From contig NC_057751.1 of the NCBI RefSeq assembly GCF_004010195.1, positions 19,107,387-19,147,569 of the forward strand: 40,183 nucleotides of DNA, given 5' to 3'. Shown here piece after piece: positions 23,630-35,013 of the stretch. The first letter of the stretch is position 1. Every line of letters starts with the position of its first letter. The translations under genes and the position numbers were made by a program. Below the pieces are notes generated by a model that worked only from the letters and a program-made list of their open reading frames with translations, was not told the DNA's origin and did not search any database. This DNA is from Chiloscyllium plagiosum. Lineage: Eukaryota.

Positions 23630-24350
23630 ATGGTGCCTTTCTTACATGCCTTTTCTATCTCCTGATTTATTTGTTCTGACTTCTAATTTAGCCACGAGTT
23701 GCTCGTATTCTCTCAGCAGAAACTCTTTCCTCTTTCTACCTATATCATTGGTACCTAAATGGACCGCAATAACTGGATCTTCCCCTCCCACTCCAAGTTC
23801 CTAAGCAGCCCAGATGAGATATCCTGAACCCAGGCAACACAGCCTTCAGGACTCTCAGTCCTGGCCACAGCAAACAGTGTCTGTTCCCCTGACAATGCTA
23901 TACCCGATTACAACTACGTTTCTCTTTCCTGTCCCCTCTCTTGAATGGCTCCCTATACCAAAGTGCTATTGTCAGTTAGCATACAGCCCCCACTGTCATC
24001 CACACTGGGAACAAGAATCTCAAACCTGTTAGACAAACTCAAGGGCCGAGGCTCCTAGATAGCTCTACCTGCCTCGCTCTTAGTCACACCCCTCCTGTCC
24101 CTGATCACTGACCAAATTTGAAGTCGTTAAACTAAGGGGTGTGACTGCCTCCTGAAACACAGTGTCCAGGTAACTCTTCCCCTCCCTGATGTGCTGCAGT
24201 GTTTGAAGCTCAGACCACAGCTTAGTAACACTGAGCTGGAGTTCCTCGAGGTACCAACACTTGCTACAGATGTGATTACTATGAACTACAGTGGGCACCA
24301 CCAGCTCCCACGTCATGCAGTACAACACATTGCCTGGCCCGGCATCTCTA
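23630..24350 (-). mobile_element. CR1 LINE ORF1 remnant
   Basis: C.KC..LEELQLSVTKLWSELQTLQHIREGKSYLD (Zn-finger/leucine zipper of CR1 ORF1) and an esterase-like V.VHLGTNDIG. Confidence 0.65.
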
Positions 24351-24454
24351 TTTTAATTACTTAGTTCTTAATTTGATTTTTATAAATCTCTATTGGTCTA
24401 TTAGTTTGTAGCCTGTAAATATTCCCCTATTTACTTTCAATCTGAAAGTATTTA

Positions 24455-24540
24455 ACTATGTGATCTGCCTGTATTGTTCGCAAGACAAAGCTTTTCACTG
24501 AGTTTCGGTACACGTGACAATAAATTCAATTCAATTCAAG
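24455..24540 (+). mobile_element. LINE 3' tail (Rex1/Babar-like) with (ATTCA)n
   Basis: gcttttcactg..ggtacacgtgacaataaattcaattcaattcaa. Confidence 0.5.
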
Positions 24541-25537
24541 TAACCCATAATTGTCAAATTAGTAGCTAATACCAGCCAATGAACTTATGGTTTATGTGTG
24601 ATATCAGTCTTGTGCTGGGCCCTTGATCCTGGGTTTCAGTTGTCCTGTTTTAAAAACAAAACCTTAAATTGTGAGTTAAAAAAAAAAGCAAAAGGTACCT
24701 CTTCCGCTCTGCATGAAACTCCCACATTGCCACCAAATTCCCCAAACTATGTACTCATTCAGGCTGTGTATTCACTCTGGATGTGATCTCTCCTTCCTGA
24801 CTCTGCAAAACTTATTGATGATGTCATACATGGTTGAATAGCTGATCAACATTCGCTGCACAGACCCGCATAAAGCCTATACACTTGGACAAGGTACTAA
24901 CACTCATCAAAGTTCCTAACTAAAATGTTCCCTAAATGAGGGAGGAGTCAGTTTTGTGTCTGTCAAATGCAGCCAGAAGAGTTGCTGAGCTCAGCTGTGT
25001 TTTGGTGGGGGATATGGTCAATGGCTGGAGCTCTGGTGCTGGCTCACCGGGCAGCAGGAAGGGTGAATCATCCTGATTCATACTTATTTTGAGCAGCATT
25101 TCACAACTATTCGCAAATCAACAACCAAGTCCTCCTAAAGAGTGACCAAAACAGGTAGGACACCTGGTCAGGGAGATACCTAACTTGTCAGAAATTTAGA
25201 AATATTGGGGAATGCAGTGACTTTCAGTCGGGGTATTTCGTCTGAAAATCGGAAAGACTTTTTTTTCTGTATTTTTGATTGTGGACTGAAATGGGTAAGG
25301 GACTGTTTTAAAAACCAAGGACTGTGGAAGGAATTACTGTGCTTTTAAAAAGCAAGCTACCAGTGTTATTGTCAGTGCGGTTTACACTGTTGTTTCTTCA
25401 ACCAGTGGGGAAAGTTTAGTTGCAGGTGAACTGGCACCAGGAAGCATGCCCCAGTGAGATTTAGCCAGTAACATTGGTCTCTGGAGCGGTGACCAATTGT
25501 CAATGACAACACTTTCTGCCTGTCAGACAAAGGGGGG

Positions 25538-25865
25538 AGAAGATGGCCTATTGGTATTATTACTGGACCGTTAATCCAGAGACCCAGATAATGCTCTGGG
25601 GACGAGGGTTCGAACCTGCCACAGCAGATGGTAGAATTTTAATTCAATTTTGAAAACTCTGGACTTCAGAGTCTGATGATGACCATGAAACCATTGTCGA
25701 TTGACAGAAAAACCCATCTGGTTCACTAATGTCCTTTAGAAAAGGAAATGGTCACCCTTACCCAGCCTGATCTGCCTGTGGTTCCAGACCAACAGCACTG
25801 TGGTTGACTCTTAACTGCCCTCTGGGCAATATCCGCAACACCTTCATCCTGTGAATGAAGAAAGG
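25538..25865 (+). mobile_element. Second tRNA-derived SINE family
   Basis: TGGCCTATTGGTA A box and GGTTCGAACC B box. Body (tgatgaccatgaaaccattgtcgatt..cccatctggttcactaatgtccttta) is repeated at 16835-17075 and 31210-31450. Confidence 0.7.
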
Positions 25866-25996
25866 AAACACAAACAACTGAGAGATTAGCTCCCAGGTAG
25901 CTGAACAACTTCTGGGAATGAATGCTATAGCCAGGAGCCTATGGACTGCTGGAAAGGACAGCTAATAATTGTTAACCTGTGACTAAAATCTATAAT

Positions 25997-26490
25997 CATA
26001 GAGATGTACAGCATGAAAACAGATCCTTTGGTCCAACTCGTCCATGCCGACCTATATCCTAACCTAATCTAGTCCGATTTGCCAGAATTTGGCCCATATT
26101 CCTCTAAACCCTTCTTACTCCTTTACCCATCCAGATGCCTTTTAAATGCTGTAATTATACCAGCCTCTACCACATCCTCTGGCAACTCATTCCATACACG
26201 CACTACCCTCTGCGTGAAAAAGTTGCCCCTTGGGTCTCTTTTATATCTTTCCCCCCTCACCCTAAACCTATGCCCTCTGGTTCTGGACTCCCCCACCCAG
26301 GGAAAAGACTTTGTCTATTTATCCTATCCATGCCCCTCATGATTTTATAAACCTCTATAAGGTCATCCCTCAGCCTCCGATGCTCCAGGGAAAACAGTCC
26401 CAGCCTATTCAGCCTCTCCCTATAGTCCAAACCCTCCAACCCTGGCAACATCCTTGTAAATCTTTTCTGAGCTCTTTCAAGTTTCACAAT
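25997..26490 (-). mobile_element. CR1 LINE 3' fragment
   Basis: KLERAQKRFTRMLPGLEGLDYRERLNRLGLFSLE. Confidence 0.85.
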
Positions 26491-26581
26491 ATCATTCAAT
26501 TCTTGTTACGCATTGAAAACTTGTCCTTGCTTTCTGTCTACTTGGATCTAAAAAGGCTGGTAAATTAGGAAATGTTAAGTG

Positions 26582-26740
26582 CTGAACAACCTCGGTTATC
26601 CAAACATCAATTATCCGAACTAGATCTCAAGGTCCCTTACAAAGTTATCCATTATCTGAACAATCAGTTATCCAAACATTCAGTTATCCAAACAAAATAC
26701 TCCTTGCCCGTCTCATTTCGATAATCAAGGTTGTTCTGTA
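26582..26740. mobile_element. Tc1/mariner (Tigger-like) MITE
   Basis: Terminal inverted repeats gaacaacctcggttatc / gataatcaaggttgttctg followed by TA; about five internal TTATCCRAAC repeats. Confidence 0.65.
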
Positions 26741-26895
26741 CTTCTTTAAAATCTTTAACTTTTGTGATATCTCTGGGATAGCAAGGCTTGAATTCTAGCA
26801 TGCTACCCCAATGAGACGTTAATTGCTTAATTTAATTGCAATATTTTTTGAAGTACTCCTAATGTCAAATGTAGTTAAAACACTTTATTTTGTAG

Positions 26896-26958
26896 GCTTT
26901 TGCAGATGAAAAGGTGTTTGGAGTGCTCAGTGAAAAACTCTATGATCTCTTACAGCTG
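26896..26958 (+). CDS. TIMELESS: TIMELESS coding exon 4
   Basis: AFADEKVFGVLSEKLYDLLQL; ttgtag acceptor, CTG|gtaagt donor; 63 nt, phase 0-0. Confidence 0.96.
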
Positions 26959-27304
26959 GTAAGTGAAAATTCAGATTTGTTTAAAAGTATAAAAAAAGAA
27001 AATGACCCAGTGGGTTAAAAACACCAACTGCTGTGCTCTGCAGCCATATACATGTTTTGTTTTTCGTTGGTGTGTGGCTTAATAATCTTAGGCAGTACAG
27101 CAGTTGGGCTCCTACAATTAGCTTAAACCTCCTTGAGTTCGAGAGGAGAAAGAATATGGCCTCATATTTCTGCTCTTGATTACTAGTCATTGACTGTTGC
27201 TGAGGACTCTGCAGGTGGATGTCCATTGTTTGCTGTCAAAAACAAATGCTGCTTGGTTGTGAAGTTCTTTTCTCCCTGCTTAACAGATGATGTTTGTGTA
27301 ACAG

Positions 27305-27406
27305 GATTGGGAGCAGAGGCAGGAGGAGGATAACCTACTGATTGAAAGGATCCTGTTGCTGGTTCGAAATGTTCTACATGTACCCCCTGAACCTGAGGAG
27401 GAGAAG
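27305..27406 (+). CDS. TIMELESS: TIMELESS coding exon 5
   Basis: [34 protein letters not shown]; taacag acceptor, AAG|gtctgt donor; 102 nt. Confidence 0.95.
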
Positions 27407-27764
27407 GTCTGTTGTAACAACTAGCCAAAAGCCTTCAAGACCCTTTGTTTTCCTTTTTGGTCCTTTTGTTGCTTGACTATATTTGTTCTGTTATTTATCA
27501 CTCATGGGTTCAACAATGGGTAAGCTAATATATTAATTTCTATGTTGGCGTTAAAAGAAAAGGGTATTCTGTTATTTCCCAAAAAAGTGAATTGGCTGAC
27601 AATTGCCTACCTCTTGAAAACAGTTGCTTGCAGGTACTTTAGATACAAGTGGCTTTCGTGAACAGGTTGAAGGACTTTTGACAATGTGGTAATTTCAATT
27701 ATCAATCAATATGATTTGTCCTAACTACCTGTAAACCAATGAGTTAAAGTACAAGCTGTAAGAA

Positions 27765-29400
27765 CAAGGGAAATTGTGTCTCACAGACTTGATTGAGGAC
27801 ATGACCAAGATGGTAGATGAGGGCAGAGTGGTAGATGGTGTCTGTCTGGACTTTAGCAAGGCCTTTGACAAGCTTCCACATGTTAGACTAGTTAATAAAA
27901 TTAAATCACATGGGATCCTAGGAGAGCTTGCCAGTTGGTTACAAAATTGGCTTGACAGTAGGAGACACGGGGTGGTGGTGGAGGGTTGTTTTTCGGACTG
28001 TGGGCTTGTGACTAGTGGTATTCTGCTGGGATCGGTGCTGAGTCCTCTGTTTTTGTCATTTATAGAAATGATTTGGATGAGAATATAGGAAGGTGGTTAA
28101 TAAGTTTGTGGATGACACCAAAATTGGTGGTTTAGTGGACAGTAAAGAAGGTCATCTAAGTGTACAACGGGATCTTGATCCAGTGGGCCAAGGAGTGGCC
28201 AATGGAGTTTAAGTCTGATAAGTGCGAGGTTTTGCTTTTTGATAAGACGAACAAGAGTAGGACTTGCACAGTTAATGGTAGGGCCCTGAGGAGTGTTCTC
28301 AAACAGAGAGACCTACGGGTTCAGGTACATAGTGTGATGGGCCAGACCAGACTCCCTCAAAATATATTAAGAAGGTAGCCTAGACCCTAAGGTTTTCTTG
28401 TTTTAAAGATAAATGTCAGGCGCTGTGATCCAGATCAATTCGATTGGTCAAACTACTTGACGTTAAGCAAATCAAGACTGTAATCGAGAGAGGGGAAAAT
28501 AGCTTCCACATCTTCAAGACCCCCAACAGCAACTGCTGCTGAAAACTAAAAATCCCTGGTTCTGTGGATGGAAGCTTGACAATGCCCATTCGGGCTGCTT
28601 CTAGTGTTCCAGCCTTCAGGAAAAACAGCCAATGGCTTCACAAGTTGTTTATCTTCTCATAGACTTCTTGGCACCTGCTCCCCATAACACGTTTTTTAAA
28701 AAGGCCAGGGCAAAATAATCTCGTAAAGCCACAGCATCGTCTCAATATTTTCTTGAAAATGGTGTTACAGGCAGGCAGGGTGATGAAGAAGGTGTTTGGC
28801 ATGCTTGCCTTCATTGGTCAAAGCATTGAGTTTGGGGGTTAGGAAACTATGTTGCAGTTATACAGGATGTTGATGAGGCCACTTTTGGTGTACTGCATAC
28901 AGTCTGGTCACCCACCTATTGGGAGGATATTGTTAAATTGGAGAGGGTGCAGAAAGGATTTATCAGGATGTTTTCAGGACTGGAGGGTTTGAGTTACAGG
29001 GAGAGGCTAGGACGTTTTGCCTGGAGCGTGGGAGATTGAGGGGCGACCTTGCAGAGATTTATAAAATCGTGAGGGGCACGGAAAACGTGATTGCAAAGGC
29101 CTTTCACCTCGGGTTGGGGAGTTTAAAACTACAGGGCATAATTTTAACGTAAGAGAGAAAGATTTAAAAGGAACCTGAGGGGCAACATTCACACACACAG
29201 ACACACACCAGAGGAAGTGGTATATGCAGGTGGAGTTCCAGCAGTTAAAAGACATTTGGACAGATAGATGGATAGGAAAGGTTGAGAGAGATATAGGCCA
29301 AATGCAGGCAAATGGGGCTACTTTAGTTTTGGGAAACATGATCGGCATGGATGAGTTGGGCTGATGGGTCTGTTTCCGTGCTGTATGACTTGATGACTCT
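27765..29400 (+). mobile_element. CR1 LINE 3' fragment interrupted by LTR-like insert
   Basis: LDFSKAFDKLPH, GSVLSPL, KFVDDTK, MEFKSDKCEVL; resumes after 28744 and runs to the ..gtgctgtatgact tail. Confidence 0.85.
28333..28744. mobile_element. Probable solo LTR
   Basis: 412-bp insert cleanly interrupting the CR1; TG...CA ends (tgtgatg / cgtctca) with imperfect 4-bp TSD ATAG/ATAT. Confidence 0.6.
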
Positions 29401-29409
29401 AACGTGAAC

Positions 29410-29512
29410 GATTCTGATGAAAGGTTGTCTCAGCCTGAAATATTAATTCTGTTTCTTTCCACAGATGCTAACTGACCTGCTGTTGGTTTTCAGCATTTTC
29501 TGTTTTGTTTCA
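29410..29512 (+). mobile_element. Older single-arm PLE-derived insert starting at hammerhead
   Basis: CTGATGA-A-AGGTTG-TCT-CAGCCT-GAAA-TA-TT, followed by the cagatgct..gacctgctg..ttttcagcatttt tail shared with 76-200. Confidence 0.6.
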
Positions 29513-29703
29513 TTGTCAGAACTACTTTGTTGCTTGATGAAAATGGCTGAAATTAATTTTTAAAAACAGAACATGTGGGCTACTAAACAAATTAAACGTC
29601 GCAACATCACATCTCAATTATATTTTACTACTTGAGTGATCAATCTTGAGTGTAATTTTGTAAACATTTTCTGTTGTTTGTGCCTGTTTTTGTTTCTACA
29701 AAG

Positions 29704-29859
29704 AATATTGCTGATGATGCCAACGTGCATGACAAGGTGTTGTGGGCAATGCACATGAGTGGGATGGATGATCTCATTAAGTTTCTGGCAACTTCCCAGG
29801 AGGAGCAACAGTGGGCCATGCACATTCTGGAAATAATCTCCCTCATGTTCAGAGATCAG
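29704..29859 (+). CDS. TIMELESS: TIMELESS coding exon 6
   Basis: NIADDANVHDKVLWAMHMSGMDDLIKFLATSQEEQQWAMHILEIISLMFRDQ; aag acceptor after a U-rich tract, CAG|gtcagt donor. Confidence 0.95.
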
Positions 29860-30592
29860 GTCAGTACTGGATATGGTCTGGGGCAGAGGGGAAAACAGAA
29901 TCTGATTAGTGAGAGTGCAAAGAATTCTGTGGCAAGATTTTAAAGAACAGGAGAGTTATCCCTAGTGCCCAAATCCAATCCCTTAATCAGCATAAAAACA
30001 AAACTAGATGATCTGGTCAATATCTGTTTTCTTGGATCTTGTTCTGTACAAATTACCTGTTGCATTTTCTACTTTACAATGGTGATTCCACTTCACTGGA
30101 CTCAATTAGATGTTCAGCATTTTGGGACATATTCATGTTATGAAATGTGCTACATAAATACCAGTCATTCCTCCTTTGTGTTCCACTTAAGGAGAGAATT
30201 ACCCTGAGCTGCTTTTGAGTATCTCTCAGTAGTGAGTGACATTGACAAAGGGCTAGAAGCAGGTTCCCATGTGGTCCTGGGTTTGAATGTTTGTTTAATT
30301 TGATATGTTTTTGTTTTGCCATCACTGAATCTTGTTAAGGTACTGAGGCAAACTGTTATATTTTTCCACTGCTGTTTCTTGAGGCTGGTGGAGGTGAAGT
30401 TTTGAATATGGGGCTTGCTGTTTGTGACTCCATAGCATACTTAATTATGTATGTACCAACTGAGTTGTCAGCACAGCAGTCACTTATTTAAGAATGGTGC
30501 AGAAAACATAAAGTTCTTGGTCGCTGTTCGATTTTTGGCAAATGGAGTGAGATATTTGAACAGAGTGATTATTTTGGGAATTTTTCCTGTAG

Positions 30593-30726
30593 AAACCTGA
30601 CCAACTTGCCATGACAGGGCAAGCAAAAACTACGGAGCAGAAAGAGAAGGATTCCAGAGAGCTTGAAATCTTAAAGCAGAGAGAGTTAGCCACAAAGAAG
30701 CAAAGAACCTTTGAAAGAGGAACCAG
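30593..30726 (+). CDS. TIMELESS: TIMELESS coding exon 7
   Basis: KPDQLAMTGQAKTTEQKEKDSRELEILKQRELATKKQRTFERGT(R); ctgtag acceptor, AG|gtgaga donor. Confidence 0.95.
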
Positions 30727-30889
30727 GTGAGACTCCACATGGGTGAAATATTACCTAGGTTTTGTGTTGCAGAAGGCATTTCACACAAACCAGAGTGCCA
30801 TGCTTGAATTGAAAGAGTATAAGTAATAGAGAGGAACCAACATGTTAATTTCATGTGTTTTCCCTGCAACCCCTTCAAGTGCTAGCACC

Positions 30890-31190
30890 ATAGAAATTAG
30901 GTAGAGAGCTGGAGTGGTGCGGGGAGGGAAATCTGGAATTAGTGGCCTAGACAACTGAAGGAATGGCCCTCAGTGGTGAAGCAACTATAATTGGGTGTGC
31001 AAATAGGCCAGAGTCAAGGGGTGCACATATACTGCGGGGCTGGAAGAGATTACAGAAGTAGAGAGGAGCAAGGACATGGATTTGAACACATAGGCAAGAA
31101 CTTTAAAATCAAGGTGTTGCTTGACCAGCAGCCACTGTAGATCAGAAAGCATAGGGTGATAGGGCAATGGTACTTGCTCTGAGTTAATAT
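30890..31190 (-). mobile_element. L2-clade LINE remnant
   Basis: PMLSDLQWLLVKQHLDFKVLAYVFK resembles the L2 P.L..LHWLP...RI.FK motif. Confidence 0.6.
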
Positions 31191-31209
31191 ATGGATAGCA
31201 GAATCAGTT

Positions 31210-31450
31210 ATGAATGTAAATATAAAAAGTCTGGAATTAAGAGTCTAATGATAACCATGAAGCCATTATCGATTTGTCAGAGAAAAATACATCTGGTTTA
31301 CCTTTAGGGATGGAAACTGCCATCCTTACCTGGTCCGGCCTTAATGTGACTCCAGACCTACAGCAACTGCCCTCTGAGCAATTAGGGATGGGCAATAAAT
31401 GTTTGCCTAGCCAACATTGCCCACATCCCATGGACTAGTTTTTAAAAAAA
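31210..31450 (+). mobile_element. Second SINE family, 5'-truncated
   Basis: Matches the body of 25538-25865 and ends in an A tail. Confidence 0.65.
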
Positions 31451-31540
31451 CGAACTATCTTTTTCTTAAAGTTTCCTGTTGGAAGGATATTTTACTAAGC
31501 TGACAAAGTATTGACATAAGTAAGACTAAAAAATGTTAGC

Positions 31541-31759
31541 TGAAAATGTGTTGCTGGAAAAGCGCAGCAAGTCAGGCAGCATCCCAGGAACAGGAGAATC
31601 GACGTTTCGGGCATAAGCTCTTCTTCAGGACATTCCTGAAGAAGGGTTTATGCCCGAAACGTCGATTCCCCTGTTCCTGGGATGCTGCCTGACTTGCTGC
31701 GCTTTTCCAGCAACACATTTTCAGCTCTGATCTCCAGCATCTGCAGTCCTTACTTTCTC
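31541..31759. mobile_element. Near-perfect palindromic PLE-derived insert with back-to-back hammerheads
   Basis: 31538-31630 is the reverse complement of 31634-31726 with very few mismatches; perfect 15-bp TSD CTAAAAAATGTTAGC at 31526-31540 and 31760-31774. Confidence 0.85.
31632..31667 (+). ncRNA. Minimal hammerhead ribozyme motif
   Basis: ATTC-CTGAAGA-A-GGGT-TTAT-GCCC-GAAA-CG-TC-GATT: intact core with palindromic ACGT stem III; predicted cleavage after C31663; stem I is weak. Confidence 0.7.
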
Positions 31760-32375
31760 CTAAAAAATGTTAGCATTGGTATATTATGTACTTTAGTGCA
31801 TAATATTTTTAATAATGCTTTTCAACCATTGTACTGTGACAGAGCAAACCTTTGAGAGAGATCCATTTGTTGAGATATTCGGATTTTTGCATCCAAAATT
31901 GTTTCTCCTTCAGAATTGTCTTGTTGGATCAAGGAAAACAAACTCCGACGCGTCCTCTGCTGAATTAATTGACTAGCCTCACTGACCTTGATAACCGAAG
32001 TAATAGATATCACAAGTGGATTGCACTTCATTCTTCCTAATGTGGGCTGTTAGGGTTCAGAGTGGTGGACCAGGTAACAAGTCCCTCATTCAGGTTTCTA
32101 TATAGGAAAAGAGACATCACTTAACATTTCTTTGTGAAATATTTGTTTCCTTGTGTCATTCTCAATATGAGTTGCTATTACTAAGAACACAAAAGGCCAG
32201 GAATTAGCAAAGTTTTCTTCTGTCCCTGCACTTCCCACTCCACTGTGAACCTTGCTACTTTACTTTGTCCCCAGGCAAACAGATGATTGATTCTAAAAAG
32301 GGCACAAGTACTGAAGTGGAAGTGTTTTTGAGAATGTGATTTCTTCTTTACCAAATGTGACTTTATTTGTTCTAG

Positions 32376-32463
32376 GCATTCTCGTTTTGGCGGTACATAT
32401 CTCATACAAGGCTTGAAGTCAATTGCAGACAGAGATGTTGTTTGCCACTTGGGTATCCACAAA
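32376..32463 (+). CDS. TIMELESS: TIMELESS coding exon 8
   Basis: (R)[29 protein letters not shown] with the conserved RHSRFGG motif; ttctag acceptor, AAA|gtaagt donor. Confidence 0.96.
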
Positions 32464-33684
32464 GTAAGTGGTGTATAAGTGTTTTTACAAACTGTTTACT
32501 GTGTTCTCACTTACAGCTATGCCAACCAGTTTGGTAGGGTAAGAGACAGCATAGCAAACAAAGTCTAAGCATTAATATTACAGGAAGTTTTGATGCAGTA
32601 TCTAGGGTTAGGTCTTTCATTGTCTTTAATTTGATTGTTATCAGTCTGCAAACCTTCTTGAGGGCAATTGGAAACTGACAATAAATGTTGACCTTGACAA
32701 AGATGCTCTCAACACTGAATTTTCAAACTAAGTTTGTTTCTTTGCACAAAAGATGGCAATCTTGATTTGACACGTGTTGTAGTGGGTTTTTAAACTTTGT
32801 TTGATCAAAAGAAGTTGGGTGACTTGTAATTTCAAACCTGAGATTCTTGAATGTAAGTGAAAAATCTGTCTTTAATATTATTTATATTGCTTGTGGTTGT
32901 TAATATTCAGTAACAGTTTTAACAATTCCTTTGACAGTTGGTTGTATTGTATTATTCCCTAAGGAATGAGTGCTGTTTTTAAGAAAAAAGAGTAATAAGC
33001 ATAATTTAAATCCCATGATGCAGGTTCAGTAACTGCATATGTTCCAAAATAATTTTTCTCCCAAACCCTTCATGCAAGTTTAGAAAGTGTGGGTCACAGT
33101 TGAACCCAATCCCTACTCACCAGATATGTACGCTGTCCATCTTTCTAATGGGTATAACAAAAATAGTCATCTGGGGCAAGAATGTTTTCTGTGTTTTTTT
33201 TATCCCCTTTGACACTGTTTGATTGTTGGGTTCTGTACCACGTTCTGTGATGTGTTTTCCTATATTGCAGTTGGAAAATCAAATAATACAATGACCATTA
33301 TGGTTCCTGTGTTGATTGACAGATTTCTATGATATCATTGTTGTCAGAATTACCAGCGCAAGGTACTCAGAAGTTGAACACCGACTGTGTTGCAAACTGT
33401 GCACTTTTCTCAGTATAGGAGGACCGACTGCCCACTCAAAGTCAGGGGTTGACAGGCAAGGCTCAGGCCCATTGATGGGCAGTGTGCACGGCTGCAATCT
33501 TAAATATACAGCCAACTCTTGTAAAGCACTGATAAACGTACTTGACCAGAGCCACCATTTTAGGGCATTGAACATCTGAAACTGTGTGAGAAGAACCCAG
33601 ACTGGATAGGAGGTATTGTGCACTGATTTTTCATTCTATTTAATCAGCTTCATCATTTAATATTTGATTTATGCATTTTCTTAG

Positions 33685-33861
33685 TTGAAAAATTACAGCC
33701 ATGACACTGGCAAGAACATTAACAGAGTGCCAAAAAGAAAACAAGCAGCAAAAGAGGTGGAGAAGAAACACCGCTCTGCTATGAATGTCAGACTGTTCCT
33801 GAACGAATTCTGTCTTGATTTCTTAGAAAACTGTTACAACCGACTCATGTATGTAGTAAAG
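33685..33861 (+). CDS. TIMELESS: TIMELESS coding exon 9
   Basis: LKNYSHDTGKNINRVPKRKQAAKEVEKKHRSAMNVRLFLNEFCLDFLENCYNRLMYVVK; tcttag acceptor, AAG|gtaagt donor. Confidence 0.97.
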
Positions 33862-33894
33862 GTAAGTTTGAGATGTGAAGAAACATAAGAAGAA

Positions 33895-34600
33895 GACATG
33901 TGTTATCCTCGTCCTTCTAGTTGGTGGAGGTTGCAGGTTTGGAAGGTACTATCCAAGATACCTTAGTGAGTTGCTGCAATGCCTCTTGGAGATAGTACAC
34001 ATTGCTGCTGTTTGAGTGGTTATGGAGGGAGTGAATGATTGTAGATGTGGTGCCAATTAAGTGGATCATTTTGTCCTACATAGTGTTGAGGTTCTTGAGT
34101 GTGTTTGGAGCTACACTCATCCAGAGAAATGGGGAGTATTCCATCACTTTCCTGTCTTGTGCCATCCAGACAATGGTCAGGCTTTGAGGAGTCAGGAGTT
34201 ACCTGCTGCAGTATTCCTATCTTCTGATCCACTTAATTGTAGCCACAGCACTTATAAAGCAAGTCCAGTTCAGTTTTTGATCAGTGGTGATCCCCAGGAT
34301 GTTAATTGTGGGGAATTCAGTGATGGTAACGTCATTGAATTGTCAAGAGGGCAATGGTTAGGTTCTCTCTTGTTGGAGATGGTCGTTGCCTGGTACTCAT
34401 GTGTAATGAATGTTACTTGCCCTTGTCAGCCCAAACTGGATAATGGCTTGATCTCGCTGTATTTGAGCACGTACTGTCTCAATATCTTAATTGTGGTATC
34501 AGGAGTTGCGAGTGGTACTGAATATTATGTAATCATCAGTGAACATGATGGAGGGAAGGCCATTGATCAAGCAGTTGATGATTGAAGGGCACTGAACACT
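33895..34600 (-). mobile_element. Old non-LTR (CR1/L2 group) 3' fragment
   Basis: Degenerate MEYSP..W, HSL.H, VYYL motifs on the minus strand. Confidence 0.5.
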
Positions 34601-35013
34601 ACCTGAGGAACAGGATGGTAACCTCTCCTTCCTCTGGAAGATTTACATTTTAGAAAGTATTAGTGAACTCAACATTTTTATTCAAAGAAGCTTTGTTTGA
34701 GGTCTTTAGCTAATGTGCAAGTTCTGCTATTAGGATTCTTTTTAAAGTGTGTTTGCTCAACCCTCCCTATTATTAGTGAGATCTAAATAATCTGGTATGG
34801 GCAGCTGCTCAAAGAGAGTTCTCAATGAGGCCATCTAACTTGAACGTAAAGAGCACAGTGTGACCTTACTTGGAGAGGTGAGCTGGAGAACTCAATAGCT
34901 TGACATACTTTAAATGTTCCCAGGTAGACATAACTGAAAGATGCAACTAAACAGGAATTGTATATGAATGAAGAGACTTTTAATGTATCAGAATGTGCTC
35001 CATCCATTTCCAG

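Noticed and set aside
26582..26740. Short interspersed direct repeats resembling a CRISPR array
   Set aside because: Eukaryotic context, irregular spacing and terminal inverted repeats indicate a MITE.
33320..33585. Possible C/D box sno/scaRNA (ATGATA..CTGA)
   Set aside because: The C box is non-consensus and I recognised no rRNA/snRNA guide; only the internal structure is kept as a finding.
34061..34585. 174-aa ORF
   Set aside because: Antisense to a degenerate LINE; no coding signature.
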